Assembly (NCBI GenBank): GCA_951406725.2
Contig: OX597814.1
Coordinates: 200,694,001-200,758,000 of the forward strand
Direction of reading: 5' to 3'
From: Octopus vulgaris
Taxonomy: Eukaryota
Length of the DNA stretch: 64,000 nucleotides
The position numbers and the translations under genes are program-made. The notes beneath the pieces were generated by a model that saw only the letters and a program-made list of their open reading frames with translations, had not been told where the DNA came from and made no database searches. Positions 24,741 to 37,586 of this stretch are shown here, in pieces (positions within the stretch are counted from its first letter, which is position 1; each line of letters starts with the position of its first letter).

Positions 24741-27700
24741 AAGACCCATCCATATCACAAAAACAGTTCTAGAAGCACTGTCTCCGATCCACACTTAAGA
24801 AAGCTCCTCACAGGCCCTACCACAACAAACCAAACTACATCTCTTAATTTGACTTACATTTCCACTTCATGCACTATGCTTACCTTCCACTCCCCAATCC
24901 TGTCCTCTTGGCCCTGTCTCACTGTATCATTGCTATCTGCTAGCCCCCAACCTGTGTTCTACCCACACATAATACTTTTCACACACCCTACCCCAACAAA
25001 CCAATCTACATATCTTCTCTTCCTCACATTTCCTCTTTCATGCACTATACCTACCTCTCATTCCCCAATCCTGTCCTCATGGTCGTTTCTCTGTATCATT
25101 GCTATCTAGTAGCCCTCCTCCACCCACTCTATATGTATTCAGGTTTTCACTACTCACTTCCCCTCCGCACTCCTTATCACACTTCTTTGGCAATATCCTA
25201 CCACTTATATTATGACCTTCAAACTTCAAGGGTTTGCCCTGGCACTTGTCACGATCTATCTCTCTCTCTCTGCATTTATTTGACCATTCCATTTATATTC
25301 TGATCCCTGTCCCTTGTAAGTATGCCTGGCACTTTGTCACCATCTCTATCCTGCTGTCTCACAATCTCTCTCACCTTCTCCTGCATTTCCCTCAAGTTAG
25401 GTAACCATGTATTTGCTTGGCGATAGGACACCTGTTTCTGTCTCTGTCTCACTATAATCTCTCATCATCTGACATAAGATCACCTCCTCCAATGTCCCCT
25501 CCCCTCTCAAAAGATTTCTTTCTTGAAAGTTACTTGGTGACCGTCAGTACAGGTGCCACACAAAAAGCATCCCATCCACACAAAAAGCAGCAGGCATTTG
25601 GAAGGGCCTCCAGTTGCAAAAACCTTGCCAAAACTGACCTTGCCTGTGCCTGTGCCACCAAAAAGCATCAAGTCCACCCTGCAGGATGGCTGGTGCCAGG
25701 AAAGACACCCAGCTGTAAAAGTCCTGCCAAAACAGTCACAGAAGTCTGGTGCAGGCTTCTGCCTGACCAGTTCCTATGAAACTGTCCCACCCATGCCAGC
25801 ATGGAAGGCAGACATTAAATGATGAAGATTTGCACAGTAAAAAATGAAGATTAAGACAAAATCTATGGAATTCTTTTACAAAGAAAATATCAGGTTTAAT
25901 GTCTCAAAGAATCTGCAATTCCAAAATTTGATCAAACTTCTAAATCCACAAATTCTCAATAGCAAGAGGTGGAAATGAGTGTAGCAACATCAAACTCCAT
26001 TCTTCACCAAGTTCCACATATTAGAGGAGGCACCTGTTATTGAAGTGGTTTCAATGCAATTATTGTGGCAGCTGGCACATACCACATGTAGTACATGTTT
26101 TCTTATTTCTCTTTTTGAAAAATAATCTGTAAGACACTTTCCATTCACAACCAGAAATTTGTTGATAAAATTAATGTTAAAACAAAAATGTAAAAAGTAA
26201 TTTGGCAGATGAAAACACTTTATTAGCACTGAAAATTGTTTTTAAAATATTTTGAAGAAAATGAACTACAGACAGGGTTGAAAACGTCTAAGTAGCAGTG
26301 TGTGTCTGCATTTGTAGAGAAAAAAAAAACTAGAAGGCCTTAGATTATAGACCTATTAATTCAGAAAGACTAACCTGGGAACAATGTGTATGACTCACAT
26401 CTGAAACAGGTTTAGACACTATCACAAAAATAAGAAAACACCAAGATGATGGGCAATCAATTCTCAACCAATAAGTTCCAACCACTCGATCACCCAACAC
26501 TTTCTTCTCTCTGCTCCTGGTTCTGCAACTAAAAGCATTTCTACTCCTCTCAACCAGTAAGCTATATACCGTCTTCTCATGAGACAATCCAACACACCTA
26601 CCCCTACCAATTCACAAATCTCACACTAATCACTTTGTGCAATTTTCCAACTACAACTTTCAAGAACACTCCCCACCTATATTGTTTAACCCAGATCAAA
26701 CCTGACCCAGCTAAAATAATTCAGCCATAACTATTTTGCTTCTAGCAAAGTAGCTAGTTCTAAAACCTCTATAAAAGATGTAAGTAGTAACAATACTGAA
26801 AAGTAATGTTTGTGCAACTTCAACATGGCTGATCCGTGTAGAACTATGTTACTACCATTTTTTTTAAAACCCAGGAGGACATCTCCTCCAGCTGGTTAAT
26901 GACACAACCTATGTCCATAAACCCCTACCATTTAGCAGTGACAAGACCAGTAGACCAGCCTGGTTTCAGAATATTTTCCTTTGTCAGTACTGGACACCTG
27001 TCTGCTAGACATGCTTCTTTTCTCTTTCTACCATCACAACCAATAAGCTGTGTCCCTACCTCTTTTTTTCTATGTAAGTCTGCAGGAAGCTTTAGCAACA
27101 ATTTAGCTATTTCTTGGTGTGGCACCATCACAGTAAGTCTCTCTGGTTGGTTCGTTTTGCCCTCTCCCCAACATTCAAACCCCATCAACTTGACTAGTCT
27201 GAGTTGACCTAGATGCTTCTTCTAAATGGCATATGACAAAAGAGAAAACTTGGCTAACTCAAAACTAAACTTGTGAGGAAGTGCTGATTGAGACTGAGAA
27301 CACATCTATGTTGAGATATTGCAGATACAGTTCTAAAAATAATACTTCAATTCGTCTGATTCTTAAACATTTCTACTGCACTTGTTCCTAAAGTTATGGA
27401 ATTCCTCAATAATTAGAGGATATATCTTAATTCTATATTTTTTATATTTTATATATGTTACTTTTATTTTGTTTTTTGTTATTGATTTATTCTCTGGATC
27501 TTGACTTATTTTTTCATTAGTATTTTTTCTTCTTTTTGGCTTCAATATATTTTATTACATACATACAATAAAGTTTGATAAATGGGATGAAAGAGTGTAA
27601 TTAAAATTAGAAGCAGCAGTAATGGGAAATGTAAAAATCTGACTTAGCCTATCATGAATTACCGAAATGAATAAAAGAATGCTTCAAAATAGATAAATTA

Positions 27701-28084
27701 TGCACCCAGCTCAAATTTATTTGATTTTTTTTTCTCCAAAAGTCTTCAGATTTGTTATGGAACAGTGGAGATTCCAACTGTGCAAAGCAAAAAAAAAAAA
27801 AATTATTCTTGTCCCTCCCCCTCCTCTACACCAGTAGAGGATATTTCTTGCAATCATAAAAAGTGTCTGGTTTCATGAGAAGTATGATTATGTCACATAT
27901 ATCCCATTATATTTGTGAACTATGTTCCCAATTTAGTCTTAACATTTGCGTATTCATTTCAGTAATTCAGAAAACCAAGTTGGAAACTTCTCTTTCTGAT
28001 ATTGCCACTCTCCTTCAGTACTGCCAAGTCAGCATTCTTCAATGCCAAATTACTTTAAAAATTTTTGCACTTGGTTTTAGAATG

Positions 28085-28300
28085 AGCATGGCCATTGCCA
28101 GTACTGCCTGACTGGCCATCGTGCTGGTGGCATGTAAAAGTACCCACTACACTCTCGGAGTGGTTGGCATTAGGAAGGGTATCCGGCTGTAGAAACTCTG
28201 CCAGATCAAGATTGGAGCCTGGTGCAGCCATCTGGTTCGCCAGTCCTCAGTCAAATCGTCTGACCCATGCTAGCATGGAAAGCGGATGTTAAATGATGAT
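28085..28300 (+). mobile_element. RTE-3'-tail repeat (family C)
   Basis: Same core and GATGATGAT tail as 22150-22405. Confidence 0.85.
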
Positions 28301-28934
28301 GATATGAATTTTGCATTATAAAACTCAAGATATATATAAACATGTCTGGTATATCAAAAATCAAGTCCTTTTAGGTAGTAGATCCAAGAGTACTGTCATG
28401 TGGTTTTCATTTTCAATCTACTTCCAAGCAACTGACAGCAATCAACCATCAGATGCTCAGCAACTCACTGGCAGTCACTTTGTTCTTGACTGTGAATTTG
28501 GGCACCTTACTCCTAACTACTCAAATAGAAGGGAATCTATCTTATGAAGTAAACAGGAAGAGATTAAGTTCAAAAAGCTGTTAACTTATTGCAAACTTTG
28601 TTATGAATACTCATACTGTTCTAAAATTGAGCAACCTCTCTTCACATGAAAAATCTAAGAACCATATGAGGACATCAAGACCAAACATAACTCAATGAGA
28701 TGTGCATTCCAGTCCAAAATGATAAAACCAAAGTTGCATATTACTGACGTGTCACCCGTCATTGTGCAATACATTCATATGGTTCATAATGAATGAACTG
28801 AGAGGAGACTGACAAGAGAATCCATTCGAGCAATTAAGTTACAAAGAACTGTTTAATAAAAAAAAAAAAACGTTTTGTCTTCACTATAAACTGATCTGAA
28901 TGAAGCTTTCCAAAGAAAAAGAAAACCATGTAGG

Positions 28935-29305
28935 ACTTTATCTTTACTTGTTTCAGTCATTTGACTGTGGCCATGCTGGAGCACCGCCTTTAGTCGAGCA
29001 AGTCGACCCCAGTACTCATTCTATCGGTCTCTTTTGCCGAACCACTAAGTTACGGGATGTAAACACACCACCATCGGTTGTCAAGCGATGTTGGGGGGAT
29101 AAACACAGACACACACATATATATATGTGTATATATATATATACAACGGGCTTCTTTCAGTTTCCGTCTATCAAATCCACTCGCAAGGCTTTGGTCGGCC
29201 TGAGGCTATAGAAGACACTTGCTCAAGGTGCCATACAGTGGGACTGAACCCGGAACCATGTGGCTGGTAAGCAAGCTACTTACCACACAGCCACTCCTGT
29301 GCCTA
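28935..29305 (-). mobile_element. SINE family B, near full length
   Basis: Reverse complement of the family B head and body; arranged head-to-head with the plus copy at 29358. Confidence 0.85.
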
Positions 29306-29649
29306 TGAATGTGAAGAATCTTGCCAAACAACAAAAAAAAATGTTTTAATTCAAATATTGGTAAAGAAGTTTGCTTCCCAACCACATAGTTCCAGGTTCA
29401 GTCCCACTGTATGGCATCTTGGGCAAGTGTCTTCTACTATAGCCTCAGGCCGACCAAAGCCTTGTGAGTGGATTTGGTAGACGGAAACTGAAAGAAGCCC
29501 ATTTTGTATATATGTATGTATGTATGCATTTATGCATCACATAAATGTGACATACATTTATATATATATATATATGTATTTGAGTGTGTGTCTGTGTTTG
29601 TCCCCCACCCTGCCATCGCTTTGAGAACTGATGCTGCTGTGTTTATGTA

Positions 29650-30940
29650 CGAGGGGCGTTCAATAAGTAATGCCCCTGACCCACTTGCAGTTGTTTGATC
29701 TAGCTGAAATTTTGCATGTGCAATTATTTATATCTCTATAGATTAAGTGGAAAATTACAGCTCTGAACCAATTGTGGTTTCTGATTTACAGGTGTTTGAA
29801 CTGAGTCAAGTTTGAAATGGAGCCTGTTGAGTGTCGAGCAGTGATCCGGTTTTTGTATTTGAAAGGACGCACACCACGGGAGACTTTTGATGAAATGAAA
29901 GTAACTTATGGTGATGATGCCCCATCATATGACCTTGTAAAACGCTGGCATCGTGAATTCAAACATGGTCGGAACTCTGTGGAAACAACTCCCAGATCTG
30001 GTCGCCCCTTTCTGCCATTGATGAGGCATTTGTCCGTCAAGTGAGGCTGCCATTTTGGAAGATCGACGCATAACTATTTGCCAAATAGCCCATGAGGTCA
30101 AGATTAGTACCAGGTCTGTGGAAACTATCATTCATGACCATTTGCATATGCAAAAGGTGTCTGCCAGATGGATTCCCAGGTTGCTCACACCTTTCCAGAA
30201 GCAAGAACGCGTCGAGTGCTCAAGGATGAATTTGGAGATGTGCCAAGAAGATGAGTCAAAATTTTTCAAAAGACTGATTACACAGGATGAAACCTGGGTC
30301 CATCACTATGATCCAGAGACCAAAGCCGAGTCAATGCAGTGGAAGCACCGTGACTCACCTCCTCCAAAGAAGGCAAGGGTGCAGCCCTCCGCTGGCAAGG
30401 TCATGCTCACAGTCTTCTGGGACCAGGACGAAGTAGTGATGACAGATTTCCTGGCAAAGGGTACCACAATTACAGGAGCCTATTATGCTTCACTTTTGAG
30501 AAAATTAAGAGAAGCTATCAAAATCAAGAGGCGGGGCAAGATCAGCAAAGGCATCCTCCTCCTGCAGGACAACGCTCCGGTCCACAACTTGCGTGTCGCC
30601 AGATCAGAAGCACAGGCGTGCAGCTATGAACTCCTCCCCCACCCCCCTACTCTCCTGACCTTGCACCCTCTGATTTTCACCTCTTCCCAGCCATGAAGTT
30701 GTTTTTGAAAGGAAAGCATTTCCCAGATGATGCAGCCTTGATTTCTGAAGTCACGTTGTGGTTGGAAGACCAAGCTGGGGTCTACTAAAAAAAACGGTCT
30801 CCAGAGCTGCATCAAACGATGGGAGAAATGCATAAATCTGGGTGGTTCCTATGTAGAAAAAGACTAATAACTGTGCCAAGTTTCGTTGCTCTACTGCTAT
30901 GGGAAGTGAGCCAGGGGCATTACTTATTGAACGCCCCTCG
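29650..30940 (+). mobile_element. full-length mariner (DD34D) DNA transposon with TA TSD
   Basis: TIR CGAGGGGCGTTCAATAAGTAATGCCCCTG at 29650 and its exact complement ending at 30940; TA at 29648-49 and 30941-42. Confidence 0.97.
29817..30868 (+). pseudogene. mariner transposase, frameshifted
   Basis: MEPVECRAVIRFL..PRSGRP; WIPRLL; ITQDETW (D1); LQDNAP (D2); YSPDLAPSDF recoverable only across a frameshift near 30640; in-frame TAA near 30786. Confidence 0.92.
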
Positions 30941-32499
30941 TACCTGTAACTTCGTGGTTCAACAAACAAGACAGAATATGTACCAGGCTTACAAAGTATA
31001 AGTCCTGGTATCGATTTCTTCATCTAAAACCATTTAAGGAGGTGCTCCAGCATGGCCACAGTCAAATGACTGAAACAAGTAAAAGAATAAAAGAATAAAC
31101 AACAGTCCACATGTTTAAATACATCATTTAATTAACAAGACGGATGTATACAACTGAAAGAACTAATAATTGTAATTTGTTTTATTGGAGAAAAAAAAAA
31201 CACTGAGATGATGCAGGTGTATTAGAAAATACACTAAAAAAATTTGTTATCATACTTATGTGAGCTGCAGGTGTATATGACATTTCAAAAGTTTTTATAC
31301 AGAAGAATATGGTACTATGCAGGTTTGTTTCTGCATTCTTTTACTATAAGAATGTTAGAAGTCTGTATAGCACCTATCAGCAGCTCACAGCAGTTGCTTA
31401 AGCTGGTATGAACATTTAAATATATAGAAACGTAGGTGGCTTGTAAAAAAAAAAAAATGCAGTTAAATTCGGTGGGAAAAACAGTTTGGTTATCTGTGAT
31501 AATCTTCCTAAATGATGTCACGTGTAGAAAAGCTCTTTTCTAATTTCAAACACCAAATTAATTGAATTAGCGTGCGTAAATTTGTAAGCAATATGTCACA
31601 TGACAGGTGATACGTGATTATAGTAATAACCATTAGGTGGCTCTTAAACACATAATTACCAGATTTCTTGCATATTTATGTATGTGAATAGATTAATACC
31701 AGGGGTCAGCAAAGTGATCGATATTGACCCCTGAGGGGTCTGTGGTTTTCTAAACAGCTGATAAACACTTTAAATGATTTAGAACATTAAGGGTACTGAA
31801 TTATTAACAAACTGTGTCTGGAAGAGCATCATAATTTAAGGCAAGACTCAGTAATTTCCAGCTAAATAATCGATGCAATAACTAGTCTTCACCAAATGTA
31901 TATTCCACATCAAATATTCTGACTATATCAATACAATAAGATTGAATTTTTATTGTTCTTTATCATTTGCATTAAGTATTCTCATTAAATTTACCTATTA
32001 AACGTCATAGCGCCAAAGAACAAAGGAGTTATTGATTTTAAAAGCAATAAACTTATTCTTGTTATTTTTAGAAATTTATGTGGTGATCAATAAGTTCTCA
32101 ATAATTCCATGAAGTGGGTTAGTGGTATATGAAGTCTGTCACCCCTAATTTTAAGCACTACCTGCAGCAAGCATGGCATTCCCCGTTTGCTAAGCCCAGA
32201 AGTGTCCTTACAATCCAAAAGCAACCCAAGGGATAAATCCCTTGCTCCCAATCTCCAGCCCACAAATAGCTGGTCTAGGAGAGATAACCCACCCAACCTC
32301 ACTGATGCTGGACTATTTATTTTTTGATGACCAAATGACCAATAACCGTAACAGATTTCTGTCTCCCAGAAGCAATGAGTTAAATTTGTCTTCAGACAAG
32401 TCTGAGGAGTCTTCTGCAAGGCTACAGCCTGCGTGGGTGCAAAACCATTGGTCACTATGACCAAACATGAGCTTTATTACTTTACTGCTCTATAGGTAA

Positions 32500-32890
32500 G
32501 AGTGTGCTTCTTTTACAGATATATGATACATTGACTATCTTTCAAGCGTTGGGCCTACCGGAGGCCAAGTGGCTGAGTTCCTTTCAAACATTGGGCCTCA
32601 CGGAAGCAATGACCAAGACCTTTGGCATTATGTTGTGCTTGAAAAGAAGACCCATCAAGCCAAGCAAAATCACAGTTGTGGAAGATACTGATGTCACGCA
32701 AATGGCACCTATACTGGTGACACATAACAGCACCCATTATACTCTCAGAGTGGCTGGTGTTAAGAAGAGCATCTAGCTATAGAAAATCATGCCAAATCAG
32801 ACTGGATTCTGGTGCAGCCTTCCAACTTACCAGCCTTGGTAAAACCATCCAACCTATGCCAGCATGGACAACAGATGTTAAATGATGATT
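32500..32890 (+). mobile_element. RTE 3' end fragment
   Basis: QTLGLTEAMTK.. C-terminus followed by the family C tail. Confidence 0.7.
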
Positions 32891-32924
32891 ATATATATAT
32901 CTATATATATATATATATAAATCT

Positions 32925-33290
32925 GCTGGATCTCACATGTGAATCTTACATAGCTTATAAACTCTATATTTGGAAGGACTCATTTCAAACTCTGTTGGAC
33001 CTTTGGACTTTACTCATAGGGTATTGGAATATTGCATATATACCATTATGCCTAAAAAATGGAATTACAACTTCAATACCCATACATATCTTACATCTAT
33101 TTTCTTTCCCCTACCTCACTCTCTATTTTGTATCACATCTAAACTAACTATGACTTCACTATCCTCTCACACTGTTTCCGATTAAGGGATATTATTAATA
33201 AATATCCTAGAAACAGCTGTAAGACCTATCTATAAATGCTCTAATATCTACACACCCTTGGTTTTTTATCGTATTACACAAAAAATTCTT
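32925..33290 (+). mobile_element. Penelope-like element end (pseudo-LTR)
   Basis: Inferred from the hammerhead-like motif at 33174-33225; boundaries approximate. Confidence 0.55.
33174..33225 (+). ncRNA. degenerate minimal type I hammerhead ribozyme
   Basis: Stem I GTTT/AGAC; core CCGATTA (consensus CTGANGA); stem II GGGATATT/AATATCCT; GAAA; stem III C-AGCT-G; GTA cleavage triplet. Confidence 0.6.
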
Positions 33291-33312
33291 TTATATATAT
33301 ATAAATGTAACA

Positions 33313-34052
33313 TCTATAATAATAAATGCCAAAACGAATTTCTGAATTTCTGTGTGTCAGTCTGTCACACTTTGACCCCCTCTCTTACTATTCAATGACA
33401 CTTCTCTTGCTGGGGTCAGAATAATAGTAAACATACAGATGGTGTGGGCAGTAGTAGATTGACAGGTGAGAATGGTAATGGGGTGATAGTAATAGTATGA
33501 GCTGTAGTTGTGAAAGAGGCAGAGGCAACAGTAATGGTGGTGGTAGTGGTAGCTGAGGCTGTCAAGCATGACGGTGATAGTAAGGGATGTGAAAGACAGT
33601 TGTGATGGTGGGGAGGGGAGGCAGCGAAATTTCTCCACAGACTGAAAAAACGATGAACAAGCTTAATTGATTTTTGTACTTTATTGGGTTCTCATAAGAG
33701 GCATCGACATCATTTTGACAATCTCCAGAGAAATGGCAGCAGCCAAACTTTATATAATGAACAAATGCAGCAGTTACTTTATGAAGGAGTCACTAATTTG
33801 CATAATGAAAGTGATTAACACTATAAATACCAACGGCCTGTCAACGGAGATCTTAGTCCACACAGTGTAAAGGTATGATAAAATATATATGTAACATATG
33901 GTATAATTATAAACAGGGCAAATTTTAGCCATTTCTCCACAGACTAAAAAAATGATGAACAACCTTAATCGATTTTCAAACTTTATTGGGTTCACATCAG
34001 GTGTCCACATCATTTTGGCAATCTCCAGAAAAACAAGCAGCCAAACTGATTT

Positions 34053-34084
<32 letters not shown>

Positions 34085-35090
34085 TAGATAGATAGATATA
34101 CACTCACTACTACCCAGTGGGTGCTGTCAAAATTCCAATGAAAGAGCTCTTGTCCCTTGGGGTAGAAGCTTTTAAAAGCCCAATAGACACGCAATGTGTT
34201 GCCTCTAATTTCAATAGAATTAAAATTTTTCATTTTATCAACTAAGTAAATTATTCATAATCTAATTTATAAAATGAAGAAGGCGAACGTTGATACAAAT
34301 TGGATTTTTATGTAAAAAGGGCTCTAAATGGGGCTGGAAGGGGATTAAAATTTACAGGAGGGGTAACTTGAGGTGAGAAATTGATTGGGTTACATTTTGG
34401 GGCACCACAGTGGTTGCTTTGGTGTGAAAACGAGGATTTTATTGATTTTTGGGGACACTTGGGGGTCTAGATTGGACACCTTTTGCCCGATTTCAATCAA
34501 ATTTTCAACATGGTAAATTGGAAGCAAATTTGTAATTTAAGCGCGGAAAATGGGTTCGAAATTTTGAAAATTAAGGCAAGATTTTTGAAGTTGAAAAAAA
34601 ATTTCTCATTTTTACATATTTTTGCTTTTTATTTTTTATTGTTTACAGTTTTCATTTTTTCTGAAAGAAATTTACATCTACATGTGGCCCATGTTTAGAG
34701 CTTTCATTTGCATGGTCAATCACCAAAAAATTCCCAAAATAAGTACTAAATTTAACAAAGAAAACCTTTTTTTTTTCCCTATTTTTAATCGCTCAAATAG
34801 TGGCACGTACAAAAGGCAAGTGTGCTTTCCATTGTCACTGCCTGATATTTATGATTGATATTTCAAAATATTTACTTTCTCGACTTACGCAAGATCTTTT
34901 GTTTTTTATAAATGGGAGAGAGAGAGATAAAGATTGAGAGTAAGAGAGAGCGAGAGAGAGGAAGATTAAGAGAGTGGGAAAGTGAGAGAGAAATAAAGAG
35001 GGAGGATGTGGCGATAAGAAACAAAAAGGAAGCAACAGAAAGTAACAACCATGCCCTCACCTGCTTGTAGAGCGGGTCACCTTAAGCTAG
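33313..35090 (+). mobile_element. non-autonomous Helitron
   Basis: A|TCTATAATAATAAATG 5' end; 3' hairpin CCTGCT-TGTAG-AGCGGG then CTAG|T at 35087-35091; no TSD; internal ~120-bp direct repeat (33630-33750 vs 33931-34047). Confidence 0.8.
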
Positions 35091-36248
35091 TATACAATAA
35101 ACTTATATTTATTTAGAGTCGAAATAATCCACAAGACTGAAAATGTAAGGTTGACTATTTCTTTGAACTTATATGAGTGTAAACTTGTATGGACTTTCAA
35201 AATAGCTCTCACTTAGCACCAAGAAAGGAAAGTGGCAATGAATTACATAAGGATTTTCCTCCATTTTATTTCTATTATGAAATATTGGAGTTGACTCGCC
35301 TCTTATAGGATCACCAGGTTAATCTATAATGATTGGTCGTCTTATCTATCATGAGAATTTGGAACATTGGTGGAGTCCTGTGTGTTGATTGGTCAAGTAT
35401 TGTGTAGGATATGGATCGAGGATTCAATCACATTGTGTGTAATCTCAAACATCTAATATGAATCAGCACCGGAGCCTACCTCTGTCTATAGGTTTAACAA
35501 AACATTTATGACTGAGAGTTGAGCGATTTTCATGAAGACGAGTCGTGTTATTTTCCTGCTATTATAACAAAGCAGATGTAACCAATGAGAGCCAGAGCAG
35601 AATTGGCCAAACGATGGATGAACTATACAATCACCAGAATCCGTGAGGAATTTATTTTGTTTATATTAACAGAGGAATAAAAAGCAAGCCTTTCTTTTCT
35701 TTCGGCTACAGAGGATACTAATCTGCAAAAAAATTGGCAAAAATCAGCATTTTGAAATTACCCCTCCCCAACCCTAATTTCATTTTTAACTTTTTTCATA
35801 AATTTTCTTTTCAGAATATGTGGGAAAATACGGAGATTACGATTCTGAAAAAAATTTCCCAAAATTTTCTAGTTAGGTTGGGGTTCCGGTTTTAGGGTTA
35901 GGGTTACAGAAAGAAGTGAGAAATGAAGAAATGGTGGAGAGCCAAGAAATTTCAAAATGCCGATATTTGGCAATTTTCCGGTATCTCCGTATCCGAAAAC
36001 GGGGATTTTTAGCAAAAAAAAAAAAAAAAAAAAAAAAATTGCGAGAAAATGGGAGCGGGGAGGAAGTCTTTCCGAACAAAGTTTCGCTGTTACTTTTAAA
36101 ATTTGTTCCTTGCATTATTTCCATGAGTGAACACGCAACATGTTATATAATGGTAGGTAAGATTCCGTAGTAAAACCAAAGGATACTTTATACCTAAACC
36201 TCTGCTCCATACAACAATATCATTTCTTTAAAGATTTTGTGACCCCAC

Positions 36249-36368
36249 CACTAGCGTAGATGTGTGCTACCCGGAGTGACCCTTCCGTTTTCCGTCCCCG
36301 AAGCCCACAAAAAACAAATTGTCTACAGCAGACCCAAAAGTCCCACTCCACGCCCAGCTACGCTAGTG
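36249..36368. mobile_element. hAT-type MITE (120 bp)
   Basis: TIRs CACTAGCGTAG/CTACGCTAGTG; 8-bp TSD GACCCCAC (36241-48) vs GCCCCCAC (36369-76). Confidence 0.85.
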
Positions 36369-37292
36369 GCCCCCACCTAATTCCTTCCTATTGAGGTAGT
36401 GACAGCTATTCTGACAATTTGCCTAAATTTGGACAATATTTATGTCTATATATAAGTCATACCTAAAATATTAATCTTCTGTTGGCGTGAAAAAAGAAAA
36501 AAGAATCGTCTTTTTTTGTTTGTTTGTTTTTTAATTTAAGACTAAAACTCATTATCAACATAACGAACGGTTATTGTAAAGAATATATTTCGTAGTCAAA
36601 ATTATACAACATCTCGAAAAGTAGTAATAATTATATTTAATTATAACCGTCTTAATTAGAGTGACAACATGAATAAATCCGACGAGTGTTAGTAATCTGT
36701 CGAAAAGCCTGTTCAACTCGATACGCGAACGATTGAATTTTGTGAAGAATTGATATTTTTCTCTGTTCTTTCTTTGCTTGTGGTTATTTTTATTTGTTTT
36801 TGATATGCATATTAATGTCGAATGTAATTAAGTATGCTGTAACAATAAATTCATATTAATTTCAACAAATATAGTCAAAATTTATACTGAAAAATGCAAT
36901 AGTTCTGCGGTCTCAATTCTTCCGAAATTGCATTGCTGATAAATTAAGAGAAACATTTAAAACTCGTGGGAAAACACTCAATGAGGTTGTAATTAGAATA
37001 TATTTACAATGTTCAGGTAAAAAAAAACGTTTGCATATATTGACAAGTGAAAAATAATTCCAAACAAAACATTTTTTCAAAAAACATTAAGGCTAAAATA
37101 ATTCAAAGAGTAACAGACGACACTTAGCAGCCATTATATTAAAACGGACAAATTTTGTAATTTTCTGCATGAGCAATGTAAGGGAGAACAAATTAGAAAT
37201 TTGAAGCAGATGAAAAAGAAAACAATTCATTGAAGTCTTTTTTTTATATATTTTTTTTTTTGAAATATGAATAATTAAATAAATGAACCTAC

Positions 37293-37352
37293 CTTTAGTT
37301 GAGTTCTTCGAATTGTTGAAGGTTTTGCTTCAGCTAAATTTTCAAGTGACAT
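37293..37352 (-). CDS. candidate first coding exon portion MSLENLAEAKPSTIRRTQLK (module A)
   Basis: ATG at 37352, 20 open codons, phase-0 donor AAG|GTAGGT; upstream exon ends with GAAG|GTAAGT at 37494. Downstream exons not identified. Confidence 0.3.
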
Positions 37353-37574
37353 TTCGAAAATGCAAAGCAACTTGATACAATTTTTATAATTTGAAGTAAA
37401 AAAACAATATAAATCTACTGACATGAACTAGACTCGCCAAAGTATTATGTATAAGAAGATTTCAGTGAATGGGGTTTTTAATATTACACTTACCTTCATC
37501 CGAGAGCGAACATCAATTCTTCATACGACATTTGAGTGCCGCCGTTCTGTACAAAGAAGACTTCGTAGTCTTTG

Positions 37575-37586
37575 TGTGACGTCACA
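37575..37586. promoter_or_regulatory. CRE/ATF palindrome TGTGACGTCACA (module A)
   Basis: Perfect 12-bp palindrome containing TGACGTCA, ~80 bp upstream of a consensus minus-strand donor; identical in the paralogous module C. Confidence 0.6.

Larger units (their letters stand above)
29358..31090 (+). mobile_element. SINE family B split by a mariner insertion
   Basis: SINE body GTGTTTATGTA resumes as CCTGTAACTT after 30942. Confidence 0.8.

Noticed and set aside
26860-27300. Minus-strand ORF 26925-27188 as a host exon
   Set aside because: Flanked by stops with no clear splice sites or recognisable domain; more likely a decayed retroelement piece, unassigned.
30055-30696. Domesticated SETMAR-like gene
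   Set aside because: No SET domain; frameshifts disrupt the third catalytic Asp region; intact TIRs and TA TSD show an ordinary transposon copy.
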